From Macrostomum lignano (Eukaryota): a DNA stretch of 64,000 nt. A program made the position numbers and the translations under genes. This document shows, piece after piece, positions 26,401-36,763 of this stretch; position 1 is the stretch's first letter, and each line of letters starts with the position of its first letter. The stretch lies in NCBI GenBank assembly GCA_002269645.1, contig NIVC01003210.1, forward strand, positions 47,167 through 111,166. Direction: 5' to 3'. The notes beneath the pieces are model-generated. The model did not search any database. It was not told the DNA's origin and saw nothing but the letters and a program-made list of their open reading frames with translations.

Positions 26401-29400
26401 GAAGCACCATGTAAAAAATCGTAGAAGCGTCATATAAAAATCATAGAAGCGTCATGTAAACAATCATAGAAGCGTCATGTAAAAAATCATAGAAGCGTCA
26501 TGTAATGAATCATAGAAGCGTCATGTAATGAATCATAGAAGCGTCATGTAATGAATCATAGAAGCGTCATGTAAAAAATCATAGAAGCGTCATGTAAACA
26601 ATCATAGAAGCGTCACGTAAAAAATCGTAGAAGCGTCATGTAAAAAGTCATAGAAGCGTCATGTAAACAATCATAGAAGCGTCATGTAAAAAATCGTAGA
26701 AGCGTCATATAAAAATCATAGAAGCGTCATTTAAAAAATCATTGAAGCGTCATGTAAACAATCATAGAAGCGTCATATAAAAATCATAGAAGCGTCATGT
26801 AAAAAATCATAGAAGCGTCATTTAAAAATCATAGAAGCGTCAAGAAAAAATCATAGAAGCCTCATTTAAAAACTAATGAGTGTTATTTAAAAAATTAAGA
26901 AGCATCATGGTACAATAAAAGAAGCGTCATGTCAGACATGAAGGGTGTCATGGAAAAATTAAATGCAGCTATAATGCTGTGCTGGGGAGAAAAACTGAGA
27001 CGTAAAGGCTCTCAGAGAATAACTGAGATTACGGGGGGGGGGTTCTGAGATGTCGAAGCAAAAGTCAGAAGCTACTTCAAAGTTCATGTACTTTACTCAA
27101 TTTTTTTATTGCATTCTTTGTTGGCTCGCCACGGGGGGGGGCGCTGATAGAAGAAGAGTCATGTAAAAAATAAAAGTAGCACTAAGTATACATAAAAGAA
27201 AAGTCATGTCGAAGTTAAAAGATTTATTTGGGAATTGCTACGATGTCAAAGCTAGGTGGAAATCGTTATAGTGCTGTGATTCTTAAAGAAGGAATCACTA
27301 AAATGTCAAGGCTTAGGGGAGAAGAATTGCTGAGATTTCAAGGCTTTAGGTTGGGTTAAAGTTAGGTTTAGGTCAGGTGTGGGTTGAGGGTTAGATTTTA
27401 GCGGGTTTCAAGGTTAACAGAATAACAGGGGATTTTTTAGATTTCAAGGTTTATGGGGCTATCGCTGACATGTTAAGGCTTACGGGGGGAATAGCTGAGA
27501 TGTCAAGGCTCACGGGGGTATAAATGAGATTTCAAGGCTAAAGTCTACATGTAGTTTATTGAAAACTTTTTATTGCATTATTTGATGCCTCCTCAGGGGA
27601 GGGATCGCTGATAAAAAAAGCGTAATGTAAAAAATAAAAGAAGCTTCATGCCTAAGTTAAGAGATTCATTTGGGAATCCCTACGATGTCGAGGCTTGCAG
27701 GGAATCGCTATAATGCTGTAGTAGTGCTATAATGACTCTCAGAGAGAATTACTGAAATTTCAATGCTTTAGAGTTAGGTTAGGGTTAGGGTTAGGGTTAG
27801 GGTTAGGGTTAGGCTAGGGTTAAGGTTAGAAGGTTGACAGATATTTTTGATTTCCAAGGCTTATTGGGGGCATTGCTGAGATGTCAAGGGGTGAAGTTGA
27901 TGTGTTAAAGCTTGTGGGGGGGGAATTATTGACATGTCAAGGCTTACAAGGTTTGACAGGAGATTTTTTAAGATTTCAAGGATATATGTAGCTTATTAAA
28001 AAACGTGTATTGCATTTCTTTGGCTCCCCAACGGGGGGCGTAGATTGCTAGTCCTATATACTAAAAATGGTCTGTCTGTGTCTATGTGATCGATTAGAGA
28101 AAAAATGGCTGGACCGATTTTGTTCGAACTTGCACTGTTCGATCAGAAATTTTCCCATGACTGTACATGCATCGTGGCTAAGAAATTGCTCAATGCTAAA
28201 GGCATTAAATATTCGAAAAACATGCTTTTTGCAAAGGTCAAGCAGCTCTTTCGACTTGAAATGCATTGTAAGAATGCTAGCAGAAAAACTGACTGGTTGA
28301 ATTCTAAATTCTAAAATGGATTGCATCACAATACTCTTTATTTATCGTCTGTGTACTGGCTGAATTTGACACTCAATTGAATTGCGTCACAGCTTTGAGT
28401 GTGAAAGCATAGCGCAGTACTGAATTTATATTACGTAACCATATTGTTAACTTTCATAGACACTGGTACTGACTTGCCTAAGAAATTGATTATGTCATAA
28501 CTGCTTCGTGTGACTTTTTACTCTACCTGACTTGGTGTGAGTGTTGAATTATATAAGTGGTACAACATCACTGATAACTTCGATGAGAGCTAGCCTAGAG
28601 CTGAACAGACCAGACTGCTAATGCAGCGACCTAGGTTCGAATCTAAGTAGTTTAAAAGTAGTAGTGTAAATTTTTTATTAAAAGGTTTTATTAAAGGACT
28701 AAATAAAAACACTTAGATTACTGCACTCGATAAGCCAAGGATTATTGCTATTAATAAACCAAGGATTACTGCACTCGATAAGCCAAGGATTATTGCTATT
28801 AATAAACCAAGGATTACTTCACTCGATAAGCCAAGGATTATTGCTCTTTATAAACCAAGGATTACTGCAATTGGAAAACAAAGGATTACTGCACTCGATA
28901 AGCCAAGGATTATTGCTATTAATAAACCAAGGATTACTTCACTCGATAAGCCAAGGATTATTGCTCTTTATAAACCAAGGATTACTGCAATTGGAAAACA
29001 AAGGATTACTGCACTCGAGAAGCCAAGGATTATTGCTATTAATAAACCAAGGATTACTGCACTCGATAAGCCAAGGATTATTGCTATTAATAAACCAAGG
29101 ATTAATTCACTCGATAAACCAAGGTCAATTGCTCTTGGCAAACCAAGGATTAATGCACTCAAGAAGCCAAGGATTATTGCTATTAATAAACCAAGGATTA
29201 ATGCACTCGATAAACCAAGGACAATTGCTCTTGGCAAACCAAGGATTACTGCACTCAAGAAGCCAAGGATTATTGCTATTATTAAACCAAGGATTACTGC
29301 ACTCGAGAAGCCAAGGATTATTGCTATTATTAAACCAAGGATTACTGCACTCGATAAACCAAGGACAATTGCTCTTGGCAAACCAAGGATTACTGCACTC

Positions 29401-31366
29401 AAGAAGCCAAGGATTATTGCTATTATTAAACCAAGGATTACTGCACTCGAGAAGCCAAGGATTATTGCTATTAATAAACCAAGGATTACTGCACTCGATA
29501 AGCCAAAGATTATTGGTCTTAATAAACCAAGGATTACTTCACTCGATAGCCAAGGATTACTGCGCTTGATAAGCTTGGCTACATGTATAGGATTATTTCT
29601 ATCCAGGGATGCTTGCTATTTAGGAATTCTTTCTATGTGCAGGATGCTTGCTATCTGGAAGGATGCTTCTACATTATTTGGGGGATGCTTGCTATCTGGG
29701 TGGATGCTTTTATCCGGGGGATGCTTTTATTTGGGGGATGCTTTTATTTGGGGGATGCTTGCTATCTGCAGATGCTTGTTATCTGGGTGGATGCTTGCTA
29801 GGAGTATTAGGGGATGCTTGCTATCTGCGGTTGTTTACTTTTGGAGGAGGGTGCTTGCTACTGGGGGGATGCTATTTTCTATTTTCTATTTTCTACTTTC
29901 TATTTAGGGGTAATGACTGTGATCTTTGTGAAAGCTATATTTTCTTGTCTGTTTGTTAATTTTAGAAAAAAAGAGATTCATAGCAAATATTATTGTCCAT
30001 GACAATTTTAAATGAATAAGGTGATTTTTAAAAGTGATGAAGGACTTAGTTTTTAAGAAAATGCGCTTTTTCATTGATTTCCATAAACTATTTTTGCTTC
30101 GTTCTTATTGGGCGCCCCGAAGGGGGGCCGCACTAGATTGCTAGTTAAAAACTAAAAATAGTAGTTCTTTTTGTACAACTTTTTTAAATATTTGAATTTT
30201 GAACAAAGTTTTGTTAATAATTCCAACTTTAAATTCGTAACAGAACGGAAATTTTCGGGTGCATCATTTTTATAAACACGGATAGATCGAAACGCGGCTA
30301 AATCCCTTTTAATACGGGTGACACTATAGTGAGTTGATTTTTTGGCACTGATTCGATTCATGTTGAATTCAATGTGTTTATATTGAGGCCTAGGTGATCC
30401 TATGCTATTGCTCGTATATTCAGAAGATTGGTATTTCAAGTTAAGGCTCTTTACTTTACTTTATTTTACATCTCGGATTCTCGGAATCTCGGCACTTTAT
30501 TAAATTGAGATTCGATCAAGAAAAAAGTCAAAATCTCGAATATCAATCGCGAGATTCCACTATCGACCTCTACTATCCAGGATTAGTATTGCTAAAATAT
30601 TAAAGTTATTTGTTAAACTGTTCGGCATTTTGTTATCACAATGCGTGTTAATGAATTATTGCATAATTGCTTTAGCGCCAACCGAAAAGGGTCTAATTTT
30701 ACATGTGGCTTTTGGATCCCACTATATAGTACTACATCTTGAAAAATTCTTAAAACTTTCATTTTCTTCTATACCTAACTATCGTATTAACCTTGAGAAA
30801 AGTAGCAATGCTCATATAATGTCTAATTTTAGTCAAGAGTTTATCCATACCTTGAACAGCAGCATGTACCTGACCATGTCCACCTGCATGATTGGATGCG
30901 GCGCCAATTCCATGAAACGCGGCAGAGCTTCGGGAAAATGCTTCTTCACAAACGGCTGCAGATCCTGGTCACGCCAAAGCACCACAGTCCAGTCTGGGTG
31001 CATCCGACGCCAGGTTTTCAGTTGCTCAGCGAAATAGGCGGACACGGATTCATTTTTCCATAGCAGGTGTCGAATAGGAGGAATGGGATGGCCATCGACC
31101 CGATGCGAACTGCTGGCCAGCGGCAGGTGCTTGAGGTAGGCAGCTTTGCAGTCGAGATCCTGGCACACTGTGGGCAGCTGTACATCCTTGCTGATCATCT
31201 TCGGGTGTGAAGAGGTCTCGTTGCTACAGTTCTCACAAATAGTTTTAGTTGATTCCATTTTTAACTTTCTTGATGGAAGAAACAAACTAAATTGCCAGGT
31301 GAAAACTAGACTGGATATAATTGCTAACAGTAGCAGGTACTTGATCTCCAACAAATTGCAAGTCAT
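17403..31366 (-). CDS. GT32 (SUR1/OCH1-like) glycosyltransferase copy 3, 3 exons (30851-31366, 18126-18595, 17403-17589), ~390 aa, with a 12.25-kb TE-expanded intron 1
   Basis: Exon 1 ends MLLFK|gtatgg; exon 2 starts ttgcag|YGGVYADLD; exon 3 YCTDPNNMDPVTDKTQP...KLQIGVEWI*. Phases are identical to copies 1 and 2. The last acceptor is AAG rather than YAG. Confidence 0.8.
17672..17866 (+). mobile_element. 5'-truncated CORE-type SINE copy
   Basis: Aligns to the core and tail of 4804-5115. Confidence 0.8.
17968..18078. repeat. ~24-bp tandem repeat (aaaacctactcaagcaccaattct), ~5 copies
   Basis: Direct periodicity. Confidence 0.75.
19143..19560 (+). promoter_or_regulatory. Promoter-like cassette antisense to GT32 copy 3: 3x TGATTTATG + CTGTCA modules, 2x TTTTGGCGCC, 2x CCAAT, TATAAAAG
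   Basis: Motifs read directly: TGATTTATGG at 19143 and 19241, TGATTTATGA at 19315, each followed 6-8 nt later by CTGTCA; CCAAT at 19395 and 19476; TATAAAAG at 19525. Function is inferred. Confidence 0.45.
21625..24030. repeat. 23-bp satellite (aaacattaaagagccaccatgtc) inside Helitron unit A
   Basis: Direct periodicity, ~100 copies. Confidence 0.95.
24105..24520. repeat. 18-bp repeat (gcttgctatctgggggat) inside Helitron unit A; degenerate relative at 29600-29880 in unit C
   Basis: Direct periodicity. Confidence 0.9.
25280..26900. repeat. 23-bp satellite (aaacaatcatagaagcgtcatgt) inside Helitron unit B
   Basis: Direct periodicity, ~70 copies. Confidence 0.95.
27773..27830 (+). repeat. Interstitial (TTAGGG)n-like tract inside Helitron unit B
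   Basis: gttaggttagggttagggttagggttagggttagggttaggctagggtt; degenerate sister tract near 27350. Confidence 0.8.
28052..30144 (+). mobile_element. Non-autonomous Helitron unit C (2.09 kb)
   Basis: Starts TCCTATATACTAAAAATG after the CTAG of unit B; ends gcccc-gaa-gggg hairpin then GATTGCTAG followed by T. Confidence 0.82.
28710..29570. repeat. 24-bp satellite with alternating dimer (ccaaggattactgcactcgataag / ccaaggattattgctattaataaa) inside Helitron unit C
   Basis: Direct periodicity; source of the 274-aa LLHS/QGLL ORF. Confidence 0.92.
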
Positions 31367-31436
31367 AGCTTAGCAGGTTAAAGCTTATAGTTTGAGGAGA
31401 AATATAGTGAGTGAGGTCGATGCTGACTATACTCTA

Positions 31437-32280
31437 CACTCAGCAACATTTAAAACGCAACACTCTAACTAGAAGAAAAATCAACTCACTCAGAAGAGTC
31501 AAAGCGCATAGTCTATGGTTCAAATCGAGCTTCAGAAACGCGTGTAGCCTCCTCTCGCAAGTAACAGGGCGATGACTCGACGTGGCATTCCCAGAACAAG
31601 GCGTCGAAAAAAGTCCTGGGGAATTTCCTGCCCAGATAAAGATAACGCGCTGCCACTGTCCTTGCCGCCAGTGCGCCCGCTGCATGGCCCACAGTTCCCT
31701 GTTAGCGACATGTGCAGAACTCAGGCGCGGCCTCCTCCGCATTTTTCTTGACCGCAATCCTGCAGCGTGAATCCTGCGGCGAATCGTCTGCGCGCTGAGA
31801 ACGTTGCCTCTGCGGCTTCTCTCTGCCCACATCAATCGCAGGAGTGTGGCAGGCAGTGTGGGGTTTCCACGCACTATTCTCAGCAGGCGTCGATCTGCCC
31901 TCGCTGTTGTACTGCGAAGTTGGTGAAGCACCGTACCTTTTCTCGCGTGAGCCACGCTTCCAGTGGCTCTGCTCTTCTGTAGCAGACGTAAAACTGTTGA
32001 AGGCGACCTCCCGAAGTGGTTCGCAACTGTTCGAAGAGTACAACCTGCTTCCAACATTCCGACTGCTCGCCATCTTTCCGCGTCTGTCATCTGTTGAACC
32101 ATTCTCTCAGCTGGATCACTCTATCTGAAAACAGTCCATAGTCATCGCCCTGTTACTTGCGAGAGGAAGCTACACGCGTTTCTGAAGCTCGATTTGAACC
32201 ATAGACTATGCGCTTTGACTCTTCTGAGTGAGTTGATTTTTCTTCTAGTTAGAGTGTTGCGTTTTAAATGTTGCTGAGTG
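31437..32280 (-). mobile_element. Tc1-family deletion derivative, 844 bp, 141-bp TIRs, TA TSD; retains an intact N-terminal DNA-binding transposase ORF (ATG 32102) truncated before the first catalytic Asp
   Basis: 31437-31577 vs 32140-32280 inverted with one visible mismatch; TA at 31435-36 and 32281-82. Protein MTDAERWRAVGMLEAG..VANHFGRSPSTVLRL..SAQTIRRRIHAAGLRSRKMRRRPRLS..WAMQRAHW..WQRVIF is a Tc1 bipartite HTH region. Confidence 0.92.
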
Positions 32281-33109
32281 TATAGTTACATATAGATGCT
32301 TCTTTAAAAAGCGTACTATTTAATGTACAACAGTTTCCCATGGATGAAGGTCGATTAAGCTCGACCTTAAGCTCGATATGTACCATAGACGATGCGCTTT
32401 GATTCTTCAGAGTGAGTTGATTTTCGCTTTTAGTTAGAGTTTAGCCAAAGAGTTCGATAATATAGTTCTATCTAGCCAAAGAGGAGTGGAAACGAGTTTT
32501 TCACTTTTAAATGGTACCTCATGAGGGAGGCCAGGCAAATAGTTAAGATAACTTTCACCGCATGGAGCCAGCACTGAATTTAATGTCTATACCTCTGTCT
32601 GACTCTATCTACATGTATGCTCGTCTGGCCTCATGAGGTAAAAGTTAAAAACGCTTTCCAATCCAGATTTTAATTATAGAACTCCTTGGTTGAAAAGAGC
32701 CCAGCTGAGTCAAACTCCAAACCACCAGTCACGGTACGTAGTAACTGCATGTCCTCTCTCAGTCATCAGACTGACTTTTTTATGTATAAGAAAATGCTAT
32801 TATAGTATGAAAACTTCACTTACGCCAAACACTGCATGGATTTCACTAAGCAGGACGATTAGCAAAAGTTCAAATGCCATAGACAAATGTACAGTATTGG
32901 AAAATTACTTAAGGCACACACAAGCTAGCTAGATGGAGCAGGCTTTAACCACTTTTCAACTCGTGCTATACGTCGTCGATCTTGACGAAATTGATTTTTG
33001 TCGTTTGACCAAATTATTTATGGATATGGAGCCAGCTCAAAATGCGACAAGAGTCAATAGGGATGACACACCTACGAGACCGCAATTGATAATAATACTG
33101 ATGGCCGAA

Positions 33110-34780
33110 GATCTAAATTTTACAAACGACATCTCGTCGACATCTGGAAGGCAGGCTCGACTTATGGCTGAGACTCCTTAGTGATGGGTAGTATCCATAA
33201 AAATTCTTCGTCTCTGGTTGTCTCCAGCTCTCAACAGATTGACGAACCTCTTGGATAGCTTGGTGGTACAGCAGGTCAGGATACTGCTGTACCACCTGCT
33301 GAGAAAAAACAAACGTTCTTTCGACAAGGTGGAGATTGACGGTGAGAGGGTTGTGCTGTTTTTTAAGTTATTGTAGTAAAAAATTCGATGAACTTTGGTT
33401 GAAGCTAATTATTTATTGATCACTGTTTTTTGTTACTGTCTTGATTATTTGTTATTTGTATTAAAAATATGTCTGCCTTCCTGATAACGCTTTTGCTTTA
33501 CGTTTTTTTCTTACGGACCAGGGGGTGTTTCATAAATGACTTGTAGTATAGCTACAAGTGGGATCAGTGACAAGTTACAAGTGAATTTCCATGTGAAAAC
33601 AAGTCCCATCAGATCCAGAGACCTTCGATCACGATTCAGTGCCTCTTCCACGGCCAACAACACTTGTACAAAGTCCTGTCACGACGCCTCGACAGATAGC
33701 GCCTGACGGCCGGTTCGCTCACACTTTTGCCCTGTGATAAGCAGGATGTCCTGGACAGAATGGCCACCTGCATGCAGGTCGCGTACCCTGGTAACTCTGG
33801 AATTTTTAAATATATATATTTATACATGTATAGTCATTAAATTTAGCTTTCTGCCAATTATTACCCGGAGAGCGGCCAGGATATCAATTTCTATAGGACA
33901 AAACAATTTAACCTACCCGATGCAGTGGTTAGTGTACTTCTTGATGAGGCCTGCTTTCTCGCTTAAGTTCTTCATGAACTCTTGGAGGAAGCGGTAGCCT
34001 CTTGCAGATTTCTCAGAGAATCTACATGTATAGCGCTGCCCATCTTTGCTGTTTACGGCTTGTTGGGCACAATATTCGCACCCCGAGTCCTGTAACCAAA
34101 GGACAAATTCTCACATCTGGAAGTTCAATGGTTCGGTTAGCAGAGGACTTTAAAACTAAAAAATGTCGACTTTCGACTTTTTCAAAAGCTGTACATGCGA
34201 CGTGAGCAATGTGTTAACGGTCTTCAGCCTTCGTGACCTCGGAAGCATTCATTTGACCCTCGATGGTCTTACTCAAGAGAAGTTCTAGGTCTAATTCGAA
34301 TCAATTGAGCTTTAGAGAATTCTCTCCGCGAACTACCGCGGTGGTGGTAGCGAACTACTACTCTCAGTTACAACGCTCAGCAAATTTTAGTTTATTTAAG
34401 AGGCTGACATTTGCATTCGGCATTCTGAAAGATGGCAATTACTAGACCGCTTAGCCACGACCACAGCTACCTTCCCCTAAGCCTGAGGAACTCAGCAGCC
34501 GCAGCTCCCATTTATTTTGCAACCCCGCGTCTCGATCGATTTTTGTTTAAATCGAAAAGACCAGCACCGATTTGAACAGCGAAAGCTCCAGCGAATTGAT
34601 CTAATATTATCTAGGTCACCACACCAAAAAAGTTGTTTTCCACCCCGCGTCCTCACTTGCATTGGGGCACACGTTCAGGAGCGCGTGCTCTGCGTAGGCC
34701 CCTACGGTTCGGTATGATCCCGTTCCCATTAATTGGTTCTTCCTCGAACTCCCCATTGGTGTCCTAGTGCTTGCTGATTC
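33110..34780 (-). mobile_element. Degenerate Crypton-like (intron-containing tyrosine recombinase, DUF3504-type) relic
   Basis: Minus-strand fragments VVRGENSLKLN*F, RICPL, RGYRFLQEFMKNLSEKAGLIKKYTNHCI(G)|intron|VTRVRDLHAGGHSVQDILLITGQKCERT/VRRYL match the YR motifs R...H-x-x-R...GH...Y. Stops and frameshifts are present; the outer limits are uncertain. Confidence 0.6.
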
Positions 34781-35359
34781 CAAAAAAGTTAAACTAGGGG
34801 CTTGCCTTAGCTTAGCATCTAGCATAGGCCCCCTAATTAAGACTAAGACTTATAAGAGGTACTGACCTATGTTATAATTATTATAACAGTGTGCTAATGC
34901 TGCGCTGCTGCAACTCCCCTTCAAAATCAGAAATTTTATAATAGAAAAATATTTGTTTTCATTTTGAAGTTCTCATTCTATAATTAGGCCTAGGCCTAGC
35001 CATTGCCCTACCAATCAAACATTTTACCTTTATAATTGTGTTTAGTTAAGCCTACTATGCCTAGTAGTAGCTTAGTTTGGCTAGAGGCTAGTATCTTGGC
35101 TTATGCTTATAAATAGAATAGACCTATATTAAACAATTTTGTTTGATATTGATAGGCCTATGCAATAATTTAACTTTTTTGCATTAGGCCTAGGCTTAGA
35201 CTAGACATATTCAATTTATAGATAGGCCTTATTAGACTAGGGCCTAGACTTAGCAATCAGCACATCTTTGTTAGGAAGCTATCAAATAATATAATTCAAT
35301 TTTTTAAAAATAAACTAGGGGCCTATTTGTATAGCTTTAAACCTTAGCCTTGATAAACC

Positions 35360-36103
35360 TTAAAGCCAGGCTAGTTGCTGTTGCGGCGAGTGTTAGCCTG
35401 GTGGTCAACACGCAGAAGACCATTGTGCTGTGCGTGCCGGACAACATCAAGGCTGCAATAGGCCTATTCTACCAAGACGCTGATGGGCAGGCAACCAAAC
35501 TCCCACAATGTCAGCAGTTTGTCTACCTTGGCAGTCTGGTTCTAGACGCTCGCGAGGACCTGCGACACTGCCGCAGGCTTGCCTGGGCTGCCTTTTGTTC
35601 TATGAGGGCAGTCCTATGGTCCGAGGCCAAAGGGTGGCGCTGTTCCAGGTGGTAATTGAGACTATCCTGCTATACAATGCCAAGACCTAGACGCTGATGG
35701 ACTCACTTGAACAACAAGTCGATGTGGCACACGCTGGCCTGCTGCTTGCTGCCTTCAACATTGGTGTCAAGCAAGTCACCAATGCGGCACTCTATTGCTG
35801 CGCTGGCCTGCCATATCCAAGTGATCTATTGTGCCATTGGCAACTCCAGCTTGCAGGCCATCTCATCCCAACAAGTTGTACTGCCCACAGTTGATGCAGG
35901 AGGTGCTGCTGCTCATGCTGCAGGTACCCTACCGGCAAGGTCAAGCATGAACTCGGCGTTACGTTGACTGTCTATTGGCTGACGCCAGTGCCCTGGACAC
36001 TGCCAGTGGCGCAGCCTTTGTTCGCACCCAAGCAAAGCCATGAAGCGTGCCTTGTGACGCTGACTTTTGCCATACTGACAGCGTATTTTGTTGTTGTTGT
36101 TGT
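35360..36103 (+). mobile_element. 5'-truncated, degenerate RTE-like non-LTR retrotransposon (RT C-terminus and 3' tail)
   Basis: SLVVNTQKT..QQFVYLGS..LAWAAF..LFQVVIETILLYNAKT*TL..TNAALY..LQLAGHL across frameshifts; (TTG)n tail at 36088-36103. Confidence 0.8.
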
Positions 36104-36763
36104 ACAATATAGCACCCCCAAAAGAGTGATGTAGGTACAATATGTACAACAGGTGATCCTTGTGTACAATAGAAATTTCCATTGTATACTTGTCTTTCTG
36201 CACTATGGAGATTAGGCCCTAAGATTGTATATTGACTAGGCCTAAAATAATATAAGTCTCAATACAATAATATAACCTTATATCTAACCAAAAAACTAGC
36301 AAGCAATAATTTGGCTTAGATATGTCTAAAATTTTAATTGTGGTGAAACTCTAACTATCCTTTGGTTAAAAATTAATATTCTTACTAAGATATAGAAATA
36401 TAGAATTTATTTCATTAAAATAGCTAAGCACAAAAGAAAAAAATATTGGTAATTATTATTTTTCCAGTGACCAAAAAAATAGTGATGTGGTTATTTGTCT
36501 AGTCCAGTTAATACTGGACAAATAGGCAGTTTGTTATTTGTCCAGTTAATTGAATGATATAATATCTATTTTATAGAAACTACAAGGGTAAATATTCCTA
36601 TCCTTCAAAGAATTTTTACTCATATCTAAATTATTATGTTGTTATACTAGTGTGTACATACATGCGCAACCCCCCTGATTTACACTGGCCATGTGACTTA
36701 CTTTTTGACCAGAAATGCAACTTACCTGTGAAAGAAACCCTAGAGCAACATTAATGTAATTTT

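Larger units (their letters stand above)
24663..28051 (+). mobile_element. Non-autonomous Helitron unit B (3.39 kb)
   Basis: Starts TCCTATATACTAAAAATG immediately after the CTAG of unit A; ~600-bp head shared with A and C; ends cccc-aac-gggg hairpin then GATTGCTAG. Confidence 0.82.
20882..30572. mobile_element. hAT-like non-autonomous element (~550 bp when empty) hosting the Helitron trimer
   Basis: Imperfect TIRs taggggt(tgga)cgata / tatcgacctcta; 8-bp TSD ccatccag (20874-20881) / ctatccag (30573-30580), 7 of 8 matching; subterminal tcgagat/atctcg motifs on both arms. Confidence 0.65.

Noticed and set aside
21625-26900. CRISPR-like appearance of regular 23-bp arrays
   Set aside because: Units are contiguous with no unique spacers; eukaryotic context; no cas genes
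27773-27830. True telomere or chromosome fusion site
   Set aside because: Short, single-orientation tract embedded in a duplicated Helitron module
21526-29959. Many ORFs with periodic peptides (KEPPC, LGDAC, QGLL, IASIPQ), including 274 aa at 28745-29569
   Set aside because: All arise from satellites within the Helitrons; no Rep/helicase or other domain is present
32933-33181. 82-aa + strand ORF
   Set aside because: No homology recognised; overlaps the tail of the Crypton-like relic on the opposite strand
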